A stretch of 64,000 nt of DNA from Gekko japonicus (taxonomy: Eukaryota), in contig NW_015166480.1 of assembly GCF_001447785.1 (NCBI RefSeq), forward strand, positions 246,485 through 310,484, read 5' to 3'. The notes under the pieces are model-generated. The model was not told the origin of the DNA and ran no database searches. It saw only the letters and a list, made by a program, of their open reading frames with translations. This document shows, one piece after another, positions 52,274 to 64,000 of this stretch; position 1 is the stretch's first letter; every line of letters begins with the position of its first letter. A program made the position numbers and the translations under genes.

Positions 52274-53378
52274 GTAAGCAATTCATTGCCCTTGACCTGA
52301 ACTATTATTTGTTTAAAACTTTTTAATTCCACCTTTTCACTCAATCAGGGCCCCCAAGGCAGCAAACAATTAAAAAGATTAAAATCAATGTTAAAAAAAC
52401 ACACACACACACACACGGACATACAGCAATTACTATAAGCAGTAAGGAGAGTTAGTACCAAACCAAACAAAATAGGTTCTCACCCTAGAAAGGCCACGTG
52501 AAGCTAGAGAAAAGGGGTGAAAAGATACCACCACCACTTTTGTTGCTGAAAACCAGGCAAGAGGGAAACCGGAAATTTCTTCTCCCCCATTGCTGCACTT
52601 CTTTGCAGCGCTGAGCAAACAAGCGCTTTTTAAAGTGAGTTCCCTTTATGTACATTTGACTACAAGTCCAGTTGTGCTTCCATGATCCGACACATATTGG
52701 TTGCATCATGCAGTCATGAGCAAATTTATCTCCATTCATTTGAATGAAGGAGCAGCTGCAACTTTCATTGATGTGAATAATAAAGAATTTTCCATATGCA
52801 GATAGGGAGCTCTGTGTGCTTTTTGGCTTATTCATGTAAGGAACCACTGGGTTAATGAAAAAATAGCAACATAATGGATTGGATCTTACAAGCACTGAGG
52901 TAATCTTTCTGTCTTCACCTACCCACAACCACACTTGTGATTCCTCAAATCCTTGCTTACCCATGGTGGGGGTGGGGGTGAAGTCAGGAAAGCAAGCAGA
53001 TTGAAACTGCCCCTTCACCATCTGGTGGCTGAGCTTCTGCTGGCACTAGAGTCTCCATTTGCCAAAAATCCTTTTCCTCACTGTAGTCATTGTGCTGTGA
53101 GGGTCTCCAAAGGGGAAAGCAGAGAAGCCTATTTCAAGTCCATAGGATCAAATGCTATATTTTCCATCTTCATGATACAGCATAGAACTGTGTGCAATTT
53201 CAGTTACTTACATTCAGTGATGTCATTTTATTTTCAGTCAACCAACTATTACCCTTCCTCTGTCTCCAGACAGGAAAGATGTTGAATGAATGTATCAGTT
53301 TGCTGAGTTCTGATTGATCTGTCTATAATTCTTTTGTCTTATTGATAAATACTGCTGTATATAAATATATTTAAACAG

Positions 53379-53511
53379 ATGGATTGTGTAACAGAATGTA
53401 AAGAAGATGAATTTAGATGTAAAAATAAGGCACACTGTATCCCTATCAGATGGCTTTGTGATGGAATCCATGATTGTGTGGACAATAGTGACGAACAAAA
53501 TTGTGACAGAG
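53379..53511 (+). CDS. LRP1B: LRP1B exon K (133 nt, phase 0-1): LDLa repeat
   Basis: aaacag| acceptor, AG|gtgaga donor. [44 protein letters not shown]. Confidence 0.95.
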
Positions 53512-54178
53512 GTGAGATTTGTTTTATTCTTACATAGTTTTCCATAAGCAGGTGTTTCTGCTGTAAAAGGAATGTGTAAACTTTTCCAAAGGATGCCAGT
53601 CTTTTCAGGAAGCTCTCTTCAATTATTTTAAGAGACATGATGCTGGGGTTATTTGTGTGTTTATATGTTTGAAGCAATTGCAGCCTCCTCTATAGAATTT
53701 ATTTTTCCGTTTTGAATATTATAAAAATTTTACTGGCTGAGAACATGTATGAAAATTTTACTTTTCTATAACCAGGTCCCTTCTATCCTTTGGCCATGTA
53801 ATATAAAAGGAAAGGAGGCAGTTCAGAGTAAAAAAAAACATGCCACAGTTTTGCTTGGTAATGATGAGTGAATATCCTTTGTTTAGTTGAGACCAGCTCC
53901 ATTGAAGTGAAGGGGCTACAATGTGTTGAATTTGGCGATGCATGTCAAAATTATAATGAATAGTTATCTGCAATAGTTAAATCCTACATGGGTAAATTTT
54001 ATTTATGTTATTTATAGTCTGCCTTTCTCACAGGAACTCAAGGCAGAGGGCCTCTGGAGTTCTGGCCCTGCTGGTGGACCTCCTGATGGAACTTTGGTTT
54101 TGGCCACTATGTGTTGGACTAGATGGGCCATTGGCTTGATCCCACATGGCTTCTCTTATGTTTTATGGATTACACATA

Positions 54179-54303
54179 GGCTGCAGTCACACACACTAAA
54201 TAATCCATTTTCAGTGCACTTTCCAACTGGATTTTACTATGTGTACTGGCAAAATCCAGTTGGAAAGTGCAATGAAAGTGGATTATTTAGTGTGACTGCA
54301 GCC
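54179..54303. mobile_element. Palindromic PIF/Harbinger-type MITE
   Basis: Near-perfect 125-bp hairpin GGCTGCAGTCACAC...GTGTGACTGCAGCC, with 3-bp TSD ATA. Confidence 0.8.
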
Positions 54304-54960
54304 ATAGTCAGTACAATCAACAAAATGGGGCATTCAATAATCAGTGCATTTTGATTGTAGAAGTCTGGAATAAAACAGAAACAAGTGGAGCAAAGCCAAA
54401 ATATTAACATGACTCATTAAATGATGCAAAAATTGCATAGTAAGATCCTTCTTACAGCAAACTATATACAGTAGTACAGATCACAGTCCTTAATAATTTA
54501 CCCAAGTAGTTTTGTTAATAATTTTGTACAGTGCAACCCTATTGGCTGCATAGAAAACCCATCTTGAATAGTTCTGTTTTGCATAGTTCACAGAAAGCCA
54601 AGAGAGTACGAGCCTTCCTGACCTCCTCAGGCAGGCCATTCTATAAGGTAGAAACTACAAAGGAGAAATCACATGTACAGGAAGTTGTTGATTTAACCCA
54701 TTTGCAGGTTGGCAGCTGCAGAAGCCCCTGCTCACATGAGTGAAGCTGTTGTGGCAGAGTATATGGAGGAGCTGCAGTCCTGCAGATAAGAGGAACCAAG
54801 CTCATGAAGGGTTTTATATTTGATAGCCAGTACTTTAAATTGTGCCCATTAACAAATAGGCAGCCAATTGAGTGTATGCAGAATGGGAGTAATGTGTATG
54901 TTCTGTCTAGTGCCTGATAATAGCCAATCCACAACATTCTGTGCTAGTTAGAGTTTCTGA

Positions 54961-55574
54961 GGCCCCGGCTATACGGGCCGGATAACGTGGGGGGGGAGGC
55001 GTGGCTGTTAGCCCTGGAGCAAAATAAAGTGTGGTAGACCGATCACACAGTCCCCCGATGCTTTGCGCTTATGATGTTAGCTGGTAATCACACAGGATGC
55101 TTTAGTGTGGCAAAGAAGTCATGCGGCAAGCGTTTTGTTTTTATGTGCATGCACAGTTCCGCGGAGCAGTGTTGTTAGCTGGCAATCACACAGGATGCTG
55201 GAGTGTGGCAAAGAAGTCGTGCGGCAAGCGTTTCGTGTTTATGTGCATGCACAGTTCCGCGGAGCAGCACTGCTTTCAGTTACTTGTTTGTGTGCATGTG
55301 CTTATGAAAAATATCCAGTTTGCGACAGGACATGGAGGGGCGCTGGATGCCATGGGATACTAGCGCTCCTGCGATCAGACGCCCGCCCCTGCCCCACGTT
55401 TTCTGGATACTAGTGCACTTTCCGTGGTACTTTTTTACTGCGCATCTTCGGCGGGACGTCACGGGTTGGCCACAGGTGCCCTACGCTTCCCAGATGTTGT
55501 GGTGTGATCGCGCACCGAAAATCCGCCTGACATTCATGTCTTTAGCGTGGCTACTTCTCCGTGTGAATGGGGCC
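54961..55574 (+). mobile_element. CpG-rich Harbinger-like non-autonomous element
   Basis: GGCCCC...GGGGCC ends, internal tandem repeat of about 100 bp (55072-55265). Same family as 57513-58029. Confidence 0.7.
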
Positions 55575-57512
55575 TGGATTGATTTTGAGGGGAGACCAAT
55601 GTACAGTGCATTACAGTTGTCTAGTCTTGATGTTACTATGGCATTAATCTAGGTGGCCATATCAGCCATATCAAGATAAAGGGCCATCTCATAGGCTAGA
55701 CTGAGTTGGTAGAAAGTGTTTTTTGCAGCTATATTAACTTGCTTCTCCAATAATAAGATGGGATCCAGTATAACCCCAAGGCTTTTAACTGAGTCAACAA
55801 GGGTCATCTGAACTCCACCAGGTGGAAAGAATGCTGTCCTTCAAGGCCTCTGCCTTCCCAGCCAGTATTACCTCTTTCTTTTTGATCTCATGCTGAGTTG
55901 CTATATAAATGTTTTTAATAGATATATTTTTTATTTTCAACATATAAAACAAACATAAAAGGGGAAAATTCAATTTCCATTTCTTCAATATCATACTGAT
56001 GCCTGATTTATCATAAATTTGTATATTTCACCTTGTAGCAATAACCTTGTTGCTAGCAAATATATCTTATTTATAGAATAAATGTCCTTAAATATAGTTT
56101 AAATGGCTCTGTTGATTACTTGGAATAATCTTCAAACCATTGGTAAAATCTTGACCATGTATTCTCGAATACAGTCTCTTGTTATCCTTTCAAAATCAGA
56201 GTTAGTTTGTCCATTTCTGCAGTTTCTAACATTTTACTTAAAAGTTCTTTTCTCGAAGGTGTTTCTGTTGATCTCCAATGTTTAGCATACAATACAATAT
56301 AAGAAGAGTCTTTTTTTTTTTTTTTACAGTTTTCAGGTTTTCAAAAAAAATATTTTTTTTTTTACATTTTTCAGTATTTAACAAAAATATTTCCGGTATA
56401 AAAAGTACAAAAGATTTTAATTTTTTTTGGGTATAATTTCGTGAATCCAAGCCCAATACTTTTGTGCTTTATCACATAACCACCACATGTTGCAATATAA
56501 ATGTTAACGAGCTGTAGCTTTTAAAAGACAAAAATGTTTCAACCGAGTATTTTTCCCGTTGGTTAGCACTTTCTACTTTTGTTACTCTCATTGTATTGTT
56601 CAGAAAAGCCTTCCTTTTTAAGAAGAATTATGACTATCATAGTAATCCCTTAAAACAGAGAGCAATATCTCATTGCTTTTTCACACATCTAGCTCTTTCT
56701 AAATATAGCTTTATTTTAAGTCTGGCCAATCATAGGAATAATCCCTGTTTTCATTTCTGAAGTGTGTGCTTTATAAAGGCAGCATTTATAATTAAACTAT
56801 TGGCAGATTTTTGGATTTGTAGCATCATCAACCCTATTCTGTTCGTATTAAACTAGTTTATTTCTGGAAATTCATTATTTTGAGTAAGTACATTCATTTT
56901 TCTATCAAGGAAAGGCATGATTCATTTTTATTAGAAAAACTAAGAGAAATGAGACCTTTCTCATCATGTATTAAGTGACCACTGCAAGTGGAGAACTAGA
57001 TCCAATGTATCTCTTCCATTGATGAAAGAGACTTCCTCTAAGTCAAATAAGGTTGCTGTCACATGTGCCAGATGAAGCGGGGGGTGGGGGAAACAAGGCT
57101 TTTCCCTCTAGATCAATTAGAAACACAGTTGTGAGATCACACAGCCCTTTGTAGCAGCGGGCACAGTCTGTCACAGTGTGATCAGACACAACTGCGGGTG
57201 AGTCTCTTTTTTTTTGGCCATTTGTTTCTCATGCACATAACTGAGGAATCACACCTCCGCACTGAGGGCCCCCTGTGGAGTATGCAATGATGTGCATACT
57301 GCGAAGGGTGGGGGGAATGGCACCAAGCCAGGATGGCCTGATCAGACCATCCCAATCACATGGGGAAAGTCCATCTGTGGCCCGTCGGAACCCATTTACT
57401 ACTGGACTTTCCCTGGAATATTTTTTCTCTGCTTCTGCAGTGGAGCAGCATGGGTTGCCAACAACTGTGGGCCTGGAAATACCATGAATTAAGAAAAGAA
57501 AAAAGAATCTAT

Positions 57513-58029
57513 GGCTGCAGCCACACGGAGCAGTAGCCACGCTACTGCGATGGAAGATAGGCGGATTTTCCGGGCACGATCTCACCGCCACATCTGGGAA
57601 GCGTAGAGCTCCCGTGGCGAACCCGAGGCTTCCCTACGAAGATGCGTGGTGAAAAACTAGTACCTCGGAGGTACTAGTTTTCAGAAATCGCGGGGCAAGG
57701 GCGGGCATCTGATCGCGTTTCTGGTGGCATCCGGCGCCCGCCCATGCCCCATTGCGAAAAGGGTTTCTCCCCCCCCCGAAGTCTCCAGGGATGCGCACAA
57801 GCACCCAATGGGGCATGCGCATACTTCAGGTTAAAAAAAACCCCACACAACCTCGTTTGCCATGCTGCGCCGCTTCTTTGGCGCGTCGTATGATTGGCAC
57901 CTCCCCCCTAACCACGGGACCTCTATGGGACGGCGAGGGGACACCTGATCGCGCAGTTGCGCGTTATTTTGCTGCGGGGCAAACAGCCACGCCTCCCCCC
58001 CGCGATATCCCACCTTTGTGCCCGGGGCC
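57513..58029 (-). mobile_element. CpG-rich Harbinger-like element, inverted relative to 54961-55574
   Basis: GGC...GCC ends and 3-bp TSD TAT. Reverse complement shares tacgcttcccagatgt, aaaatccgcct and gggggaggcgtggctgtt with the other copy. Confidence 0.72.
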
Positions 58030-59068
58030 TATATAATCTACAGATTTTGACCTTACTTTGAGTTTATTTGAAACAGGGTGGTAATAGGGTTGAACGTATA
58101 GGAGGGTTGTGGTATATTTCTAGAGAATGTCAAATAGCACCGTATAAAGAAAAGAAGGTTTGGGGTTTCTCTCTCCTGAAGCAGTATCTAGTGAAGTCAG
58201 TTGATGATGGGAGTGTAAGTGATCTGTCGAATTTCCAGTGGGTTAAGTAAAAAGCAGGGCAATATGGCTGCTTTTAGCTGTCACAATAATCTGTCGTTTG
58301 TTTAAATCACAGTCTGTTATACAAACCTTGGTTAGTCTACCAGACAGTAGATGGCTGTTACTCTCCTTTCCTGAATTCAAGCAGAATCTGTAGATGCTAT
58401 CCCAAGCTCCCTTGCATTGCCCAGCTCCTTGCAAATCATCACTATGTCTGCAACCTGCTAAGTTGCTACTAGGCCAACCATAATAAATGGATGGGGCTAA
58501 GCAGGTATGCCTTAGGCAAGTCAAGCCTCCTTGGAGATATTTTGACTAAGCTGACAATCTGCCACCCCCTAACCCTTTCTGCTTCACTGCACTCCCTGAG
58601 CTTCTTTACTTGAAAAGAAAATAGATCTGTTACAATAGTAGTGTCTCCCTTTACTTTCTTGCCATTTAATCACATTTTTTCACCTTGGTTTCTATTGCAA
58701 AGTTAAGTTTAAAAAATAAAATAGGTGATCATGGCTTCATTGCTCACTTGTGGTATCTATATAAAGTGTAACAGGGAGCTCTCACTGTGGCAGTAAATGG
58801 ATTGTGAACTGCTTTAGCTGTGTTTTGAGTTTGTGCATTCTACTGTGTGTCTCAGCAAGATGGTGAAAAAAAACCCCCACATAATTGTGTTTTCCCTTGC
58901 AACCCTTTACATTTTTTATTAGGAGAGGCTAAAGCAACTTAATGAGTCATTACTAGCAGGGAGAGGCTGGGGCTACACATGTAGATGTCCTACCATATGC
59001 ACCTTCTTGATCCTGGTTTTGGTATCTTATGTCTGTGTATACACGTCTGTGTATATTTGAGACAATAT

Positions 59069-59668
59069 GGCTGAGTTCAGACTGGCAGTTTGGTCCGGCA
59101 AGCAAATGCTTCAGTAGCGGTTNNNNNNNNNNNNNNNNNNNNNNNNNNNNNNNNNNNNNNNGCGGTTCAGTAGCGGATTAAAGGGGCGGGTTCGCTCAGG
59201 CCCATCTGTCAGGCATCCCCCAGCTGTACTCAAGATGTCTTCTGCTGCTTCCTTCCCGAGTTTAAAAGATACCAGGTGAAAGTGGTAGCGAACCTTGTGT
59301 AGAGCGGGTTGATTCCAGTTCCCTGAGTGTGAATGCAAGTGCTGCTAAGGTGGGAACAACCCGCAGTTATTGATAATAGGCACTGGTTGTTTCCTCCGGC
59401 AGGCACCATTGGGGCCTGCGCGATCATGCCCTATTTGCCACTGCACCCATGTGCATGGGCGCATGCAGTCCGGCACAGAAAGAGCCACTAACAGCCCGCC
59501 AGGGCAGCCCAACAGTGTGAACACTCCATTGTGCTTCCTCCACGGTATCCTCCCACTTCATTCACTGTGGTGTGAACGGGAATACCGCAACCAAGCCGAT
59601 CCGGGTCTGTTCCAGTTTTTCTTTGCCACAACTCCCTAGCGCTTCAAATTGCCAGTCTGAACGTGGCT
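59069..59668. mobile_element. Harbinger-like non-autonomous element
   Basis: TIRs ggctgagttcagactggca / tgccagtctgaacgtggct. Confidence 0.6.
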
Positions 59669-60389
59669 TGTGTGAAAGATGAAGAGGGAGAAACAGGGAC
59701 AGACTCTGTAATTAACTGAACCCATCTTTATTGTATGTAACAGTAGACAAGAAGAGCAAGATAAAGTGGCAGATTTTAAGAAGGCAATACAGGAGAATCA
59801 GAAACAAGACACTTTAGATTATTCTAAGGTGAATTGCAAAGCATTTGAACATTTTTAGTGGAGGCAGTTTTATATTCCTTAGATGTGTCCACCAATAGCT
59901 TGTTCTTGCAAAACCTACCCATGAATATGTGCAGTGTTCCGAATAAGAAACAAGTGGACAGGGGAGGGAACAAGTTTGGGTCCACGGCTGGAGAGCGAGG
60001 AGTAAAGGGAAGTAGAGTGAGTGGAGAGAGGAGCATGGATGCCTTCATGGAATGGCCAGTTGAGCTGCAGGTGAGACCAGACAGAGAAGCTACATGGAGC
60101 CATAGTGCAGGCGAAAAGAGCAAGGAGGTTTGCTTAGGGAAAGTTCCAGTCAGACAGAAGTTAATATGTTGCCTGTTCCTGTATGTCCAAGATTTCTGGT
60201 GGGTCAGTCTCAGAGGTCTGGTGGTAAATGAGTCTTGGGGCAAAAAGGCAGCCTAAACTGGTGTGTCCTTTTATCCCCGAATGCTTGCCCCTTTTTTGCC
60301 AGAAGTGGGAACATGATTTCTCATTATTTGGGTAACTACAAAGGGTGCTAATGGGTCACAAGATGAAGTCATCATATTGATCGAAGGCT

Positions 60390-60965
60390 TTTTTTATTTT
60401 ACTGAGCCAATCTTTATTATTCTGGAAAGTTTATTGTCCCATAAACACTGTCATTCATTTTGGTCAGGGTGTTGTGAGATCTCACTGAGTCACAAACCCT
60501 AAATATAGGGGTGTAACATTTTGCATGGGAATCTGGCTATCTCATCATAAGGTGCATTTTATTTCACTTAATTCCTGTTATTCTATGGTTTAATTCAACA
60601 TGGAGCCTGCCTACACCTTTGGTAGACCCAACAGTGTAAGGCTTCTGGGGGTCAAGAAGAGCAAGATAAAGTGGCAGATTTCAAAAAGGCAATATAATCC
60701 CTTTTTTATTTTACTGAGCCAATAGTTATTATTCTGGAAAGTTTATTGTCCCATAAACACTGTCATTCATTTTGGTCAGGGTGTTGTGAGATCTCACTGA
60801 GTCACAAACCCTAAATATAGGGGTGTAACATTTTTGCATGGGAATCTGGCTATCTCATCATAAGGTGCATTTTATTTCACTTAATTCCTGTTATTCTATG
60901 GTTTAATTCAACATGGAGCCTGCCTACACCTTTGGTAGACCCAACAGTGTAAGGCTTCTGGGGGT
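60390..60965. repeat. Direct duplication (about 262 bp, period about 312) with a templated spacer
   Basis: 60390-60652 is repeated at 60702-60965. Spacer 60653-60694 copies 59748-59789. Confidence 0.9.
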
Positions 60966-61422
60966 AAAATGACAAGAAAGGAGGATATTTCCTGAGAAAG
61001 CACCAGTAGTAGCGGAATGTAGTTAAGGAGACTAGATTTTTTCTCTTATACCATGCAGCTGATTGTATGCAGGAAGGGGGGAGGGAGAGTGCTACTGAAT
61101 AAACTGGGATTTCTGCATTTAGCAATAATGACATATAATTACAAGCCATGTACAACCTGTTTTGTGCAATAATAATCCAGCACCCAATAACAATTTAACA
61201 ATTTTTAATCAGTCTGCATTCAGACGTCATTATAAACTACTTTTTAAACAAACTGTGCTTCATAGTTTATAATTTTTGTAAAATAAATAAATGAAGAAGT
61301 AGTTTATGGTTTATTTGGAGACCCAAATACAGTCTTAATATCTTGTACCAGCATGTAGATTTCTGCTATTGAAAGTTGTAGGTCCTTGACATTGAAAGGT
61401 TGAATACAATCCTTCCATTCCA

Positions 61423-64000
61423 ATGAAGTTTTTCTTTCTTTCAATAATCTATTTATTAATTTCCATACAAAACAAACAAACAATAGGCCACAAATGAAGT
61501 TTTTCTTTCTTTCAATAATCTTATTAATTTCCATACAAAACAAACAATAGGCCACATATATTTTAAGCACATCGCAATAACCGAATGTGGATTAATATGT
61601 TAAATATACATTTGTTTCAATATCATATAATCAGTTCCTATATCACATATTTCAAGACTTTACATATTGCTCTGACAACAAAGTTTATAATAGATCCAAA
61701 TTACATCTTTATATAGCATAAATACTATTACAGCTCAGTCATGCTGTAATGAAGTCTTCATATTTCATGCTAATCATGCTAATGAAGTCTTCATATTTAT
61801 TTGGACAGTTTGTATCATATTCCCTTGCTGAACTATTACCAAGACAGCATTTTAAAATTTGTTCTATCTTTTGAGAACCCAAAGCGGAGAGCAAAATGTT
61901 ATATCTGAGTCTTTTAATAATTATTTCTTCAATAAAAGGCATCTTTAGGACAGCTAATATATTCTTACTCACTCTGAAACAATATAGCAAATATATTACC
62001 AAATTGCAATATTTTACATCTTGTAACACTAATTTTCAGGAGGGGGGGATTCAAAAAAATATCATCCCCCCTGATAGGATTGGTCTTATTCCTGAATCTT
62101 ATTCCCACCAAAAAGGCCAAACCAGACAAGCCATCCTATTTACTTATATAATTAACTTTTTATTCCCTATTTGCTAGTCAAGGTTCATTCTATAATCTGA
62201 GGGAAATGCAAAAATACTTATCCTTTATCTAAATTTTCCAAGCACAACATTACCTAGATCCTTCTTATAATCCTATTTGGACTGTCTTCTATCTTATTTG
62301 TATAACTTTTTTTCTTTTTCTTTTATTTTCTTTTACCAACACTCAAATAATAATGAATATACACCCTTTTGAAAAAATATCTAACTAAAAACTAGCCAAA
62401 TTTTCTAAGTTTATCAACTTAGTCCATACCATATAACCTCACCTTCACCTGTACCAAACAAGAAATACTTAATAAAAATGTAAAGTGAGACAAACACCTA
62501 TTCTCCCTCTCCTTACTTTCTGTAACTACTTATAAAATATCATAAAGAGAGAGGGAGATTAAGATATGACATAAAACCAACCAAAGCCACTATAGTAAAA
62601 ATAAAATATCAACATATTACTAAGTTACGTTACAAATTACCCATCCTTTCTTCATAATAACTACACAATCCATTTCTTTTCTTTTTTTCAGAAGCCATGA
62701 ATACCCAAAGAGGCACAAAAAGGGGGGGGATTATATTATTCTAAGAAACACAGTTTTTGTCTCTTCTTTCTTCTCCATGTTTCTGTAACCTCCCTTTCCC
62801 TTTCAATCTCTTTCAAGTGCCTTGAATCTTTGTACTCATCAGGTTCCATTTTCCTATCTTTCCTTCCATATTTCAAGATGCCAGTCATCGTTCTTTTATT
62901 CACTTTGAGTTTCTTTACACAGTCCTTAACTCCTCTTTTGCTTCCCCCTTCTTATTCTTTCTTTTCATTAACACGTTTAATGAGGGCCAGTTTGTTGCTT
63001 CTTTTTTTATTACAGAGTATTATTTCTTTTGTAGCAAGGTCCGTTTCCTGAATCTCTTTTTCCTTAAATACTAGCTGATTTTCAAACTGTTCCCTCATCT
63101 TCTCCTGATCCTCGATACAACTCTGGGTAAATTGATTTTGCTCTCCATTTTTTTCCTTTTCTTGATTTACAGTTTGGTAATTTTCCACCAGATTATTACA
63201 GGCAACCTTCACAGTTTGCGTAATCTCTTTCACTAAAAAATTCTGAAACTGTTCCTAAGTAAGACTGCCAACTTCTGTGTCCGGGTCTAACTCTTCATCA
63301 CCTAATCCCAACTCCATTTTACAATTAGTCCTCTTTATTCGTTTCACAAAAACATTATGTCTTCTTACAACTCAGCTGCTCTCCAACTATTACTCTCAAC
63401 AAACAAAGGATAGATATTTTCCTTACCCCCGCCATTTTACAACTAAATTGATTTCCAAATGCTTTGTAGCTGCTTTTTAATAGTTGGATATATTTCTTGG
63501 GGGTATAAGATCCAAATCCACTCAGTTTTTGCTTGATAATACATGAGTTGGTATCTTTGTTTTGATGTGCTTCTTATCTTGTTAAACTACAATTAAAAGG
63601 AAGGTCGCAGCTGTAGTGGATACATGGAAGCCATGTTCCACTCCTTTTCTTGGTCTTGCATCGGGGCAACACAGGCCACTCCCACAACCTGCCGATTGTG
63701 GGGTGCCCGAGCAAGCCTCTTGCTACCCAAGTTCCCTCCAGGAGTCTGGGTGGTGCCCAAGGTGGTCACCAGGACCTGGGGTCTCCAATAGAACCAAGAA
63801 AGGGTGAACACCCTCAGGAGCAACCCAAACAACGTCTGCTCGCTGCGCCGTACTGCAATAAGATCCCACTCCAATGAAGTTGACAGAAGGAATTTTTCCC
63901 ACTTTCCCCTTCCTAGGGCAGCTCATATGCCTCCCACTAGGGATTCTCAAGAGCAGCATAAGATACAGCATGAAGGGGCTGCAGCTAGAAGAGGGAACTT
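61423..64000 (-). mobile_element. Probable A-tailed non-LTR (L1-related, non-autonomous) element running to the window edge
   Basis: T-rich tail at 61427 (locally duplicated, 61423-61555), long AT-rich body, K/E/Q-rich coiled-coil-like ORF remnant (63233-62952), GC-richer 5' region 63600-64000. Confidence 0.4.

Larger units (their letters stand above)
54000..55900 (-). mobile_element. L2-clade LINE remnant interrupted by a CR1-type tail and two MITEs
   Basis: L2 3' terminal stem near 54000-54047; L2-like minus-strand sequence resumes on both sides of the insertion at 54961-55574. Confidence 0.65.

Overview
This is vertebrate genomic DNA from a gapped draft assembly. The repeat content (BovB/RTE, L2, CR1, Penelope, DIRS/Ngaro, 5S- and tRNA-derived SINEs, hAT and Harbinger-type MITEs) points to a squamate reptile, probably a gecko (inference). 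The whole window lies inside one + strand gene, LRP1B (LDL receptor-related protein 1B). Eleven consecutive distinct coding exons splice in frame at canonical GT-AG junctions (one acceptor falls in an N gap). They encode the end of a YWTD beta-propeller, an EGF module and nine LDL-receptor class A repeats; from memory this is roughly exons 61-71 of the human gene, unverified. The first two exons occur twice, in a duplicated block (9312-14937 and 15635-22501) on either side of an N gap. This is most likely two haplotypes left unmerged by the assembler. The rest is intron rich in transposon fossils. I found no convincing new protein-coding system. The best leads are: a haplotype-specific inverted-repeat insertion with a hammerhead-like core; a near-intact Penelope-type minimal hammerhead ribozyme; a hAT MITE family that carries tandem POU (TATGCTAATGAG) and ETS motifs into four introns; an ORF1-only (HAL1-like) L1 derivative; and inverted L2 copies bracketing an in-frame-skippable exon pair.
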